Position numbers and translations under genes: made by a program. Source: a virus (Duplodnaviria; Caudoviricetes). From it: a DNA stretch of 64,000 nucleotides. The stretch covers positions 1-64,000 of IMG/VR virus record IMGVR_UViG_3300020050_009955; one strand, 5' to 3'. The notes below the pieces were generated by a model. That model worked only from the letters and a program-made list of their open reading frames with translations, was not told where the DNA came from and ran no database searches. Every line of letters begins with the position of its first letter. Positions within the stretch are counted from its first letter, which is position 1. Shown in pieces: positions 38,045-53,000 of this stretch.

Positions 38045-41000
38045 ATGATAGATACTACACCTTTAATTCCAAATACTCCTATACCTTATTCAGGGGAGCC
38101 TAGAAAACAGTACACACCAGGACCAGAAGTTCAGAGAAATAATGAACAACTAGCAAGGCAGATACAACATCCTACCTTTGGAGATATCTATACTAGAGAT
38201 GTATCAGGTACTCCCTATAAGGATTTTAAATCCTATGATACCAATATTTCACCATATTCCAATCAAGCTTTTTTAAGAGGTGAGAATCAGAAGTGGTATG
38301 AACAAGCAGTTAATGGTACATTAAATATGATACCGTCTACAATTCTTAAAGTGGTTGGAACAGGAGCATCATTAGCAGGAGGTTTTGGTGGTCTTTTAAG
38401 TGGTAAAGGATTTATAAAAGGGGCATCTGAAAATGCGGCATCACAAAGTCTAAGAGAGATTGAAGATTATTTTAAAAATGAAATATTACCAGTACATGGT
38501 ACTAGAGCATACTTCGAAGGTAACGCAGTATCTAGATTAGGAACAACATCATGGTTGTTTAATGATTTTGCAGATGGTGTATCTTTTATGGCATCGGCAT
38601 ACCTTACAGGTTTAGGTATTCAAGGAATCTTAGGAAAGATGGGAAGTATCACAAAAGGATTACAACAATTTGGTTTAACGGCTGCTAGTGAAAAAAATAT
38701 AGCAAGTTTTGCAGCAAAACAATTAATAAAGTTTAAAGATGCATCAGGATTAGCTACTAAACATCTAGCTACAGGTTTTGTCAATACAGTATTTGAAGCT
38801 TCAGCTGAGGCACATGATTCAAGAGAACAGATTGAAACCTACTACAACGCTAAAATACAAGCTGCAGAATCTTCTGGGGATACACAATTAGTAAAGCAGT
38901 TAGAGCATGAAAAAGAAATAAATGCAGATTCGGCTATGGCGTCTACATTTCTTTTCAACGCAGCATTACTAGGTTTTACTAATACGCTATTAGAAGCCAA
39001 ATGGTTTTTAAATAAAGCTGAAAGTAGTAACACTGCTTTAAAGAATGAGTTACTAGCTAAGGGTGTACGTGATCAATCTGATGAAGCTTTGGAAGGATTA
39101 ATTAATTCTGCTAAAGAAGGAATTAAAAAACCAAATTATTTAAGAGAGTTTGGTAAGGGTGTTTTCAATGAAGCTTATATAGAGGAGAATTATCAGGCGG
39201 CCGTTCAAAATAGATTTTTTAATAAATATTCCCAGACTCAAGATGAGAAAGATAATAGCATCTTTAGTAATATGGGTTATGACTTAGGATCTATTATATT
39301 ACAATCAGCTAAGAATGCTAAAGGTTTTACTAAAGATGTACTAGCTTTACCATTTCACGCACTAGGTTTAGATACTTCTGGCTTTGAAACTAAAACAGGA
39401 AGTGCAGAAGATGAAGCTGCTCAGGCAATGTTTGCGGCGGTTGGTATATCAGGACCCATGGCAATGAAAGCTGCACATAGTGAGTATATTCAAGATTTAG
39501 AAGCAGTAGGAGAAGTTAGTCAAGAAGTTAAAAATTTAGTAAATATTGTTAAACTATCAGGCGAACATTTAATAGAGAATGTTAGACAACCTCTAAGAAA
39601 ATTTACTAATACGTCAGTAGATGCGGATGGAAAAGCTAACACTGAGGAAACTATTGTTAATCCTGTAACTGGAAAACATGAATTTGATCCTGTCGAATTT
39701 GCTAAGGGGAATAAGAGAGGTGCAAATGTTTTAGATAAACATAAGAAAGCAGTACAAGCTGTAATGGCTGAAGATGAAGAAGCCTTGTCTATTATATCAG
39801 ATCAAGTAACTAATGAATGGGGATATGATTTATTTAGTTTAAGTCAAGGTAGAATAACTGATGATGAGTTACAGATTATACTGGATAATCATCCAGCTTT
39901 TCAGAATAAAGATTTGCAACAGTTAGGTTTAGATAATATAATAGCTGATAGAAAAGATACTTTAAAAAAATCTGTAGAAACTTTAAAAAAATTAAGTTCT
40001 AAGTATGAAATCATGTCAGATTTTATTCCTCAAGCAGATTTGAGTAAGTTAACTGATGAAGAAAGAGAAATTGAAATTAATAAAAGATTCGATAAAAGCT
40101 TAGACAGATCTATACGAAATGATGTAATGCGTACAGAGTTCTTTGTTAACTATAATAAAGATGCTGTATTAAAAGCTGATGATACTTTACAAGCTTACAA
40201 GGATGATACAGCAATAGATGAAGAGGTATTAAAAAATATGACACCTGAACAAGGTGGCAGATATTTAGATTTAATTGATTATAATCAAGCTTTAGCGGAT
40301 TTAGCTAAAGGGGATAAATCAATAACTAAACAAATAATAACTAAACAACTTACTAGGTCTTCTAAATTTCAACGAGATTATTTAGATATATTAAAAAGAC
40401 ATAATAAAGTCTCAGAAGATTTAAAAGAAGCTAAAACTGAAAAAGAAAAAGCTGAATTATCACAAAAAAGTAAAGAGCTCCAAGAAGAATTTGACCAAAA
40501 GAAATATCTAAAAGAAGAAGAGGAGAAAATTGAAGGTTGGGAAGCTATTACAAGTTCATTACAAGTAGGAGATTCTAAAATATCTGTGCCACACTATAGT
40601 GTATCAGATAGTATAGAAAGAAAAGTAGGTGCTAGAAGATTATATAATGGAAATCTTAAAACTTCTATTAGAGCTAATACTGCTGGTAAACTTGTAGCTA
40701 AAGATGTTTTAGATGCAAGATTAACTCCAATATTAAATGAAATAAAAACAGGTCCTATTACAGGTCAAAGACTAGCAGAGATTGTACAAGAGTTATCAGA
40801 TTTAGTAACTAATGTAAGTTCTGTAAGTTTAGGTAGTCCAGTGTTACTACAAATTCTAGAAAAGTTACGTAAAGATTATTTACTTTCTGAGGAGGCTATT
40901 ATTTCTGCTAATAAAGACTTAAAAAATATTATTGTAGGAGATAACGGACCAGTAGATACCAGTATAGTAGGAGAGTTGGAAACCTTGATAGAACTTATAG

Positions 41001-44000
41001 ATGGCGGGCAGGGTGAAGAAGTTGCAGGGTTTTTAGATGATGAAGATTCCCCACTACATAATTTATTTAATTTAGTAGATAAACAAAGGAATAATAGTAA
41101 TGCTTCTCCAGAATTGAAGAAGGCTATAGTAGATACATATCAGCAATTTATTATAGATACGGCTAATAAGTTTTTAGAAGGTCCTGAATTAGCAGCCATC
41201 TTAGCAACTGATTTAAATTCTAATGAGGATGTCTTTAAACGTATTGTTTCTTTTGTAGTAGACATAGATAATTCAGAATCACTTGTAAAGTTAAGAGAAT
41301 TTGTATCTGAATATTTTGACAAAAATGGATCTAATAATTCGCAAGCTATTGAACAATTAAAGCAATTAATAAATACTAAAGCACCTAAGTCTAGGATTCA
41401 AGATGATTTAAATGCAGTAAAAGAAATAAAAAGAAATCCAGATGAATTCAATATATCTGAAGCATATAAGAGCTTAACTAGTATTGCGCAGGAACTTATA
41501 CCAATCTTTGCAGAATTAACAGATATCGCATTATTATATACTGGAGACGATCGTATAAAGGTTGCTCAAAATCACACTGTTAAAGATACTAACATAAATA
41601 ACTACACGGATCTAGAAAAAGTATTTCAAGCTATATATGATTTAAAGAACGCTAAAAAAGTTTTTGAAAATCGTAAAGATATATCAGATGAGTTTAGAAC
41701 TAAGATGTTAGATAAGATAAATACTCAATTAACTCTATTAAATATTATAGAAGAAAGAGTACAAGCTAATGTTTATAAATCCGATTTACAAAATCAATTA
41801 TATTTAGATCATAAAACATTTGGGTTATTATCAGCATTTGGAATAATGACTAAAAATTCTGACGTTGATCCAGAAAATGCTGTAGTTAAGCTATTTCAAG
41901 AGATATTAAAAGATACTGATATAAATGTTGTAGATGAATTAACGAGACATAGGGATTCAAAATCTCTATCTGCATTAATGGGTTTCATATCTCTAGCACA
42001 AACTAAAGCTAATCCTGAGCAGATAAAAGAAATTAATACCTTGTTGGATAATTTTGCTGAGGGGTTACAATTAGAGATTTTAAGTAAACATGCAAACTTG
42101 TTTAGAGGTAAGGAATCTGTACCTGGAACCTTTGCAGAATTTGCTAAAAATCCTTCAAAGAAAGCAAGATCATTTTTCTTACATACTTTCTTTATGTTTG
42201 ATGGTAGGAAGATTAAAGATAATAAAGTTCAAGAAGATAAGCTTAATGCATATAAACAAGATCCTAAATCTGGATTTTTTCAAATTACAGAACACAATAA
42301 TTTTTTAGAGGCGTTAAAGATAGCTAATGAAGATGTTAAGAGAGGATTAATATCTGAAGTAGAATATGATAATTTAAAAATATTTGTAAATCAAATTTTA
42401 AGACCACTTCAAGGTATTGAAGCTCTAAAAAATAATTTAAATTCTAAATATTCTTACGCAACACTTCAAGAAGAAGTATTTAAAATTTCTGGACAAAAGA
42501 ACTTAAACTTATCACAGCAACAGTTTGCAGCTATGATGGATAGTTTATTATTTTTATTGTCAGATAATAACTCTAATGTAGATCAATTAGGATACGCTGC
42601 AGTATTATCTGGAGTTTTAGGATCTGGAAAATCTACATTAGTTGGATTACTTACTAATATCCATGCAAAACTTACAGGAAAAGATAGTGTTAAACATGTA
42701 TTAGGTACTGCACACGTTGATGTAGCATCAGAAAATATAAACAAACATATTGATTCAACTTCTACACAGAATAAAACAGTTGGGCAATTAACATCTGACG
42801 ACTTAAAGGATACTGAAATCCTAGTTGTTGATGAAGCTTTTGCAATGTCAAATGATCAAATAGACTCATTACATTTATTGATAAAAGAGATTAATGCTCT
42901 TAGAACTTCAAATAAAATAAAGGTATTATTTGTAGGAGATATGTCCCAAAATCGCTTAGACCAGGATCATATTTTAGCAAGTGATACATTTACAAGAGAT
43001 AATGGAGTTATAAAATCTGCACAAGCACTTACTATAATATCACCCCTAGCTACTATTTATAGAACATCTATTGATGCGATAGCGTCTACTCTATTTAAAT
43101 TTAAGGATTCTATTGAAGATATTGCAGCAGTAGATACAAAATCTACAATAACTTCTTTACAGGAGTATACGAATCAAGCATTGGGTATTGTTCAAGTAAA
43201 TTCTGAAGCTTTACCTCAATTTTTAGCAGCTAGAGATACTACAAGATCTGCATTAGTTATTGTAAATTCTTCTGAAGAAGTTGGAAAATTTATAGCTAGC
43301 CTTACTCAGTTTACACAAAAGTCTTTGAAAGAATTAAATATAGAAGTAAAATCATATTATGATGTTCAAAGTTTAACTAGAGATGAGGCATATATCCTAT
43401 TAGATAAAACAAAACCAGGGCATCACGGCCAAATGTTTACTAATAAAACATTTAATAGCGCTATGTATACTTCTATTGGTAGAGCTAAACAATTTGTAGG
43501 AATATCTGGAAATAGCGTTATAGTTAATTCAGAGAAACAAGAATTAGATGATGCAATATCTATAGGAGAAATTATTAAGCAGAAACTAAAAGATGCTACA
43601 ACTAATTTCGAAAATGGATTCATCTACGCAATGGGTAAATATTTTGATAAAGCAGTAACTAAAAACACCACTAAAGAAAAAGAAGCTGAAAAAACTGAAG
43701 AGACTGATGTTGTACCTATTGATATAGATAAAGATGATAAAGAAGATTTAGATGAAGATAATAACCCTATTCCGGATCAACCTGAGGATGAAGATTATAC
43801 AAATCCTGATGGAACATCTAATGATATTATAACAGAGATAGGGTCTAAGACAGATTCTTCATTGTCTGCAAGATTGAACAATACTAATAATGCAGCTATA
43901 AAACGTGTATTAAAAGGGCGGACATCAACAGATGGTGTCGATGCTATAGTTGTTAAAAGAGAAAAAGTTTTACCCACAGGTGGAACACAAATAATGTATT

Positions 44001-47000
44001 CTATAATGGTTCCAGATATATCTGGTAACTATCATGAAGTTGCTGTATTAGATACAGAAGAACTTAATGGAACGTTTGTGTCATTAATTAATGATAATAT
44101 ACCAGTATTAGATGTCTTTAGAGAAGGTTTGAGGGAATCAGATTTAGCTCCACATCAAGTAGGGAGATTTAAGCTCTCTTATTTATCCAATGGAAAATAT
44201 GATAATACTGGAGAGGAGAAAAATACAAATTTATCAGATCTAGTAATTCAATGGGCTAAAGGTTTTTATGGAGATAATTGGAAAGACTCTCCTCTATTTA
44301 ATAAAGACGGATCAATCGACTGGTCGAAGTTCCAAACATCTGTAATAACTAGAAAATTGTATGATCAACTAAAACTATCTGAAAGAGGATTCTCTGCAGG
44401 AATTTTAGGGGCTACTATATTGAGAATAAAAGAGTATAATCCTAAAGCTCCAAAATCCTTAGATCAATTTATTATATTAAACACACAACAAGCACATTTA
44501 TCAAAAGGGTGGTACAATAAGACAGTTGCACCAATTCAAAAATTCTATGCAGCTACAAAAGCTGTAGAAGATATCCTAGTGGCAGAACCTTTTGTTACAG
44601 CAAATGTTAATGATTATAATTTATATTTAGGGGATTCTAAATTAAGATTTAATACAGATCTATTAGACGCCTTTGCTAGAGAAGCCTACACTTATGGTGA
44701 TGTCGCATTACGAAAAAATTCATTAGAAATTCTTAGAAATATATTAAGTGGAGATGCTTTGAAATTTAATATGAAAAACATTTCGGATGAACAACTTTTA
44801 AAATTGCAGGATGCTTTGCATGAATTAGTAGGCTTAGCTTATATTAAAAAATCTAAGCAGCTAGTAATTCCAAACACACCAGAAGCTATCAAAGAATTAG
44901 AAGATACTTATGGAAAAGGGTATACATTTGATTTAACTACCCACCCTACTCACAATAAAAAGCCAAATACTAAATTCATTATAGTAAAGGTTTTGAATGA
45001 AAATAATGAACCTATTAAATTTTTAGTACAGAGCCATAGCTTAGGGAATTCTGAAGTACAAAAAGCTTTTAAAAATTTCTCAAGAAATGCAGGGGATAGA
45101 AAATTTAAGGGTCATACATTAAATGTAACACATACATATACAAAAGAAGGGCGTAACGGGTTAGAAGTTGAAAAAGTATCTTCACCTAAAACTTTAGTAT
45201 CTCTACGAAGAGGTTCTAAAAATGGTAAGACAGGTCAAAGTTCTATAGGTTGGTATGGATTAATGAAAGCTAGATTTAGATGGATGATATCAGAACATCC
45301 AAATGGTACTAGATATGCTGAAAATGTACAAGATAAACAAGCTCTTTCTACATTAAGAAAAGAATTTAATAGGATTATTGATACTGAATTTAATGGGAAG
45401 GGTAAATATATAGGAGGTAATGACGAACTAATAGAAAGATTGTCTAGAGATTTTCCAGAAGAAATGAATCACGTTTTGGATTCATTATATGATGAATCTA
45501 CAGTTCCTGTAACTTCTACTCTACTTCAAGCGATATCTGAAATTGCTGAAAATACTCCAATATATTTAGATCCTCAACAAAAAGTTAATCCAGATGGTTC
45601 AGTAAGTGAAGGAGAACCTACGCCTCTTAGAATTAATATGGATGCAGGTATAGGTAGTAGGGTGATGACTGATAGTAAAACTAGAGATTTCGTAGAATCA
45701 GCCACTACGAATCGCTTCATTAACTACACTCCAGGGGGTGTTGAACTAGAACTAAAAGAAAAGCCTAATGATGGTGAAACTTTAAAATCAGCTTCATTAA
45801 AAAGAGTAAATGCTAACATAAATAATGAAGAAGCTGTATATAAAAAAGTTTCATATAATCCAAATGTAGACACTATTGTGGAACAGCATATAAAAGTTAT
45901 TGCTGATATGGTTAAAGATCACTTAGGATCTATTAACTTTTTTGTCGACGAGAAACAAGGTGATGTTCTTGGAGGTGTTACTTACTTTAGAGATATAGAT
46001 AATAATCCAGTTGTTTTATTTGGTAAAGAAACTATAGGCCTATCTTTATTCTATCATGAAGTAATCCATGCTCTTACTCAACAAGTAATATTAAAAGATG
46101 ATAAGGACTGTACAGAAAAAGAATTATTATTCAAGAAAAGAATATCCAATATCTTTAATTTATTTAAAGATAATTTAAAGGATTATTCTGATTTAAGTAT
46201 AGAAGATATTTTAGGAAGTACTTGGTCAGATTTAGATGAACACGAATTTATTGCAAACTTAACTAATACGAAATTAGTTGAGATTTTACAACAGATGAAG
46301 GTTCAAGATATTAAATCTAAGAATCTATTTCAAGCAATACTAGATGCTATTTTAAATTTATTTGGTTTAACAGAAAAAGATAATCCAGATTTATATGAAT
46401 TAACTCTTAAATCTCTTTCAGACTTAATTACTAAGGATGCTGCAAATAGTGGTCCAGATGTAATAATAGCACCTGTACCAATTGATGTGATACCATTACC
46501 TTCTGAAAAGAAGCCATGGAAAGCGCGAACTAAACAAGAAACAGAAATTTCAAATTTAGAATATAAAATTAGAGCTTTAGATATTGCTGATGATTCAGCA
46601 ACTAAAGAAATAGAAAGATTAGAAGAAGCTAATAAACAACTTGAAGGAATAATTCCTGAAATACAAGAAGCTTTAGACAATGTTAAAAAGAAATTAAAAG
46701 AGAAAAAAGAATCTAAAACCCCTGTAGTTGGCGAGCAAAATCAATCACCAATAACAGTACAACCTGATGAACAATTTCTATCAAATGTTGTAGAAAGTCA
46801 AGTAAGTATAGATGATATTGAAAATATAGCTGACGAGGAAGATATTGATGAAAGTGAAGTAGTAGATAGAATTAAACAAGAAGTACGTAACAGTATTGAT
46901 AATCTTATACCTGCAAAACCTTTAGGTAAAACATTACAGAGAATCATAACTAAGATACTGAACTCGTTATTCTCCTTTGCATTAGTAGTAACTACAATGT

Positions 47001-50000
47001 TCGGTAATTTACCCGGACTCAACGCGTATGATTATAGAGATAAAGTAATAACTACTGAATCTATAAGTTCTCAATTTATAGAAAGTAAAATTAAAAATTC
47101 TGAAGTATATCAACAATTAACGGAAGATGGTAAAATTATATTAATTAACCAAGCTAAATTAAAAAGTGATAAACCATTTATTCTTGTAGATAAACCAACA
47201 GCTACTGCATATATCTTTAATAAAGATGGTGTATTACAGAAATCATTTCCTGTAGTATTAGGAGCAGCCATAGGCGATTCTGCAAATCAAGCAGACGTTA
47301 ATTCTACTAGACCTGGAAAATACGCAACAACTCCCGCAGGTAGATATAATTTAAAATATGGCGGAGGTAGTGAAGAAGACTATATTAATTATCACAACAA
47401 AGCGTATTACCTAACGGATAGTAAGACTGGTAAACTTGCAAAAAATGGAGTATCACTACATATTGTTTATCAAGGAGAATTAGAGAAAAGAACAAAGGCT
47501 CTTAATACGCCAACTCCAAACGATAATAGATTATCTTGGGGTTGTGTAAATGTTGATGAAAAAATTTGGGATGAATCTATAGCACCTATAGTGGATAGTG
47601 GTTTAGATGTCATAATTACTAGAGATTTTCAAACAACTCCTTTCTTATCATTTTCTAATGATACTTCTACAACAAATCGGATAGACGGAAGAGTAGCAAA
47701 TATTATATCTGACTTGGAATTGAATAAAGCAAGTCTAGATTATGAATACTCAGAAAGAGCTCTTGAAACCTTATTAGACAGAGCTCGAAAAGTTATGACT
47801 GATAACAGAGATATTATTAAAAAATATCAAGATAAAATTAATAGTAATGCGAAAGAAAGAACATCATTACTAAAAGAATTAAAAAAATTAAAGAAAAATT
47901 TAGAACCGCAAGTAGAGGAGCCAAAACAGACCCCTAAACAAAGAGTTGATTCTTTTTCTCTAAAGGCTAGGAAATATATTAGTGAACATGGATGGTCCAT
48001 GGAACCTTCCGAATTAATTAGATTTAATGAATTTTTAGAGAAAGTTGAAAAGTTTAAAGTTCCAGGAATGGCTGTTAAATACATTGAAAAAGTATTACCT
48101 ACTTTTAATACTACAAACAAGTTATTCCATTTAAACTTCTCAACAACTTTAGGAGCTGATTCCCAAAGCACCTCTCCAGATAGTACTTTCTTAAAAGTTG
48201 CTAATCAAGGACTTATGTCTCTAACTAAAGAATTTGGTGGATCTGTAGCTCTTTTAAATGAAGCATTATTCCAAACTAGAAAGTCTGTTTATGAGGCTAT
48301 GAATGGTAATACCTTAACAGGATTAGCAGATCCTATTAGTTTTCAAAAAGCTAAAGGTATAGCTTATAAGAATTTGTCTGAAGATGCAGGAAATATGGTT
48401 CAACAGTTTCTAATTACATTAGAAAACTCTGGACCTCTTATTAATTCATTAAATATAGATTCTATACAAAAAGCTGTAAGAGTATTTGAAGAGAAAAGAC
48501 AAGCACTATCTTTACTAGATGAGGGTACAGATTTATATAATGACACTGAAACTATTGTTGAAACTTTAAATAATATTATTCTTCAATATAGAACACCTAT
48601 TTTAGCTTTAGAGAAGATGGCTAATGATAAGAGTATATTTTTTAAATTATTAAATCAAGTATTTAATAATTGGACAGTCTTTGAATTGACTCCTGAAGAT
48701 GAGCAAACTGAAAAAGATCAAGCAAACTTAGCCAATGAAATTCAAAATAACGAAGAAGTTAACATAATAGAATCATTCTCTACAGAAGTTAAAAATTTCT
48801 TATCTCTAATACCTATAAGAGATGAAAATGATAGGATAGTTAGTTTTGTTATGCCTAAAACTGCAATAACATTCTTGGCAGAATTATTACACGATGATAT
48901 AGATTTATATAGTGTAGAATCTACAAGACAACTAAGAGTATCTTTAGTTACCATGCAAAGAAATGGAATTATAGATAAATCTAAAAAAGCAATTTTAGAT
49001 AAACTTATACAGACTATTGAGAGATTTAACCTATCTCAAAATGAAGTTGTAACAAGAGATAAACAAGGCAGGGAAACAGGTAGAAAGATAGAAAATATTT
49101 TACCTAAAACTACTACAATATTTATAGACTACTTTGGTGATCATTTAGATGCAATTAATATTCCAGTATATCTTATTCAAGCTGTAGATCCAGCAGATTC
49201 TTTAGATCTTACAGGAATGAGTCATAAAGAAGCTGTATATGAGTATGGTGATAGAGTTACTGTAACTAAGTATGCAGATATGGAAACTTTATTAAAAGCA
49301 AATCCTGAGGCTAATCAAGATTTACTAAAAAAGATGTATTATATTCATCAAGCATATAATGATTTAACAAATATTAAAGTATACTTAGGTAGCTTAATGA
49401 ATGTAAATTATATTCAAGGTTCTGAAGATTCTTACTCCACGGGTTATGGTGAGGAAAGAATTCTAGATAGAAAAAGTTCATTAACTAGAGTTAGTGGTTC
49501 TAATATTTTAAATAAAAGTAAAAATCAATTAGCTAATCTATTAATAGATATCTTCTCAGGTTCTGCTTTTAGAATGAATGGTAAGGTAGTAACTGTAAAT
49601 AAGAGTAATGTTAGGGACGTATTTTCAGGATTAATAAATAAATTATCAACTGATCCACAAAGTGGTGTTTTAGAATTACTGAAAATATTAAATAGTGCTA
49701 ATCTTTTAAATTTTGATGATAGTGTAAAATCAACAATAGCTTACAATGAGTTAATTAAAAATATTGCTACATCATTTGTAGAATTATATAATAAAGTTTT
49801 AGATGATAAAGAAGTTTTAAATAGAATCTTCGAGTTAAATAATTCAGAAGATAAACTAAATGAAACACAAATAGATCAACGTAGAGAACTTAATGCTTTA
49901 TTTTATAGAGATGTAAAGTTTGATGCACTTGCTGTAAGTTTTAGACAATTAGCTAAAGCTCATGTGGAAGTTAGAGGTTTTAATTCTATTAAAACTGTAG

Positions 50001-53000
50001 ATGGAAAACGTTTAGCATCGTTTATTCCTACTTCTACCTTTAGAGAAGTATTGAAAGATTATAGAAGATATAAAGAAGGAAAAACTTCTAGATTTTTGAA
50101 TTCAGAATTTTTTGGAGAAAACATATTTTTAAATGGCGTAAACTCTATTAAAGATACTACAACACGTTTCTATGCTTTAGAAAGTGGGAGATATATTTAT
50201 AATGCTACTGGGCTATCAGCAGCTAAAAAAGTTAGTATAGCTTTTAATGACGCTTTTATTTCATCTATAGCAAATACTGATGTTTATTTCCAAATGATAT
50301 ACCAACAAGGAGAAGCTACTAAACCAGAAATGCCACAAGTATCATTCCTTAAATATGAAGGAATAGAAAAAGCTTTAGACTCTATGTTAAAACAACTTTT
50401 GGTTTTGGATACAGATCAAGTTGCTCAGAAAAAATATCAGAAAGAACATAGGCTGAATTTCTCGTTATATGAAAATGCTAAAAAGGATTTAGGTAAAGAA
50501 GATTCTTCTTTAAGTGATGCTAATTATAGAAAACAATTAGTAGATCATATGATTAAGCAATTATTTTCTAGAGCTCAAGAAATGAGAAAAGGTCTAAAGT
50601 CATCTCAGATTCCATTAACAGGAAATCTAAGAAAAGCATACACTAAGGTAAAAGCTTCTTATGTTGATAGTAGAAGTAATACAGCATTAGCTTCAGTATT
50701 AGATTTTACACAATTGGCGGAAAATTTGGATGACTACTATCCGCATAGTACTAGCTTTAAAGATAGAATCTACCCCGATGATAATGAATTAGACTTAATT
50801 TTATTTAGTTTTGTAGCTAATAATTATGTTAACTCTTTTGGTTTAAGTCAATTAGCTTATGGGGATTTTAATATGTATGGAGATATTGAAACTCTAGTTA
50901 AGAGAGCTCAGATGAGTGCATCTCCTGGATATCTTCCATTAATACATTCAAAATATGGTGTAGAGAGGTATGCTAATATCTTAATGGGTACGGATGTCGA
51001 AACACCTGGTTCTGAGTATATGAAATTATTAGGAAATTTTAATTTATCTGCAAGGGAAATAGAAGAAATTAGAGATCAATTACGTGATGGAGATAAATTC
51101 GATTCTATAGAGAGAACAGATGGTGTAGTATTTGTGACTCCAAGATACTTTGCAAAATTACAAAAATCTTTTGGATCTGGATTGAACTTAAGGAATGTAA
51201 TGAAAGACCAAGCTTTTGGCTGGTCTGAAGAAATTATCGCAGATAAAGAACATTACTTTGCAACTAAAGAGGAATTATATAAATATCTTAAAGAGACAAA
51301 GGGTTTAGAGAAACCTATTCAAAATACACACTATATAGAAGAACTTGCTGAAGGATATAAAGATGTTATATCTGGCTATTATCCAACAAAAGTTAAGATG
51401 CAACCAGTTGGATTAAAGAATGCTATGGTTGTTCTAGATGAGGCATTTATTCAGCAGAATAGTGCAAGTAGAGAACAATTAACTAAGCTTAAAAAATTAT
51501 TAGATACTGCAGAAGTCAATGGTAAAAACATAGATATGCTAGTATTTAAATCATCTAATAAAGTAGGAGCAGAATCTACTCATAATATATTTGATAATGA
51601 TGGAAAATTAATAGAAAATTCTGAGCAAAATATCGAAGATTCTATCATTAAGTTGGATATGTCTTTGTTTAAAATCCAATACAATCCGCATTCAGAAGAT
51701 ACTACAACAGCAGTACCTAGACAATTATTACATTTTGCTAATACTATTGTAGATTCACCTAATAGTCCCGAAGCGCAAGAGTTGTATTCAACTTTAGCAT
51801 CTATACAAAATCTTTCTTATTTAAATAAATTTGGTTCTTATGATTTAGATATGTCTACTATACGTGGAATGTTTGAATCTACAGTGCAAAAAGGAGATGA
51901 GAATTTTGTTATCCTTTCTGGTATAAGTGCTGGGTTACCATTAGATCACCCATCTTTAGCAGTTAAGGCTATATCATCTTTAGGATCTACTTTAAACTCT
52001 ATAGCTTCTAGAATTAGAGTGCCTGGAGGGAAATTGATACTAAGATCAGATATAGGTTATGAATTAAAGGATGGAAAAACAAAAAGAAAATTAACTATAG
52101 GGACTAGTGAACTAGGAACTCCTTATGCAGAAGCTGTTATTCCTGCACATTTCTTAACATCTGCGCAAAAAGACGCTATAGCTTCAGGTAAACCTTTATT
52201 TATAATACCAGAGATGTTTGGATTTAGAATACCTTCTGGAGATATGAATGCAGGATTAATGATAAAGGTTGTTGATTTCTATGAAACTGAAGGTAGATCT
52301 AATATTGCAATACTTCCAGATTTAGAAATCTTTAAACAAGGTTGGGATTTTGATGTGGATGCTCTATTTTTACTAAACTTTGCAGAGCTAGATAAAGATT
52401 ATTCTATAGGAAAATTAAATCTCACCAAAGGTTCTCTACCTGGATTTGAATTATCTAAAGATGGTAAATCTGTTTATAATATTCTAAATGGTGACAGCTT
52501 CGAAGAATTTGAAAAAGACTTAATAGCTGAAGTTAAAAGTGCTAATAATAGAATAGATAGTATAGAAAATAAATTACAAAGCTTTAAAACAGCAGAATCT
52601 AAAGAATCTTTAGAATATAAAGAATTAAGTAGTAATCTTAGACGTGAAAAGAAAGCAATAAAAGATTTAAATAAAATTAGAATTACTGCTCTAAAAAACA
52701 GATTTGTAAGAGGATTCTTTATGCTATATAATAATCCTAAAAATGCTGGTAGGATATTAGATGTTACTACAACAAAAGTTATTGACAATGCTATAGCTAT
52801 GTTACGTAAAGACGGTCTATACGACGAAACTCCAAGTATGGATCTATCATTCCTAGAAGACAATATAGCTCAGTATTTAAATGTAAATGAAGCATCTAAA
52901 GCCATAGGTATCTATGCTAAGGGTTCTAGTGTAAATGCATACATAGGACACGCAGGTCAATTGGGCACTAACAATAGACCACAAATTGGTGAGGAGATGC

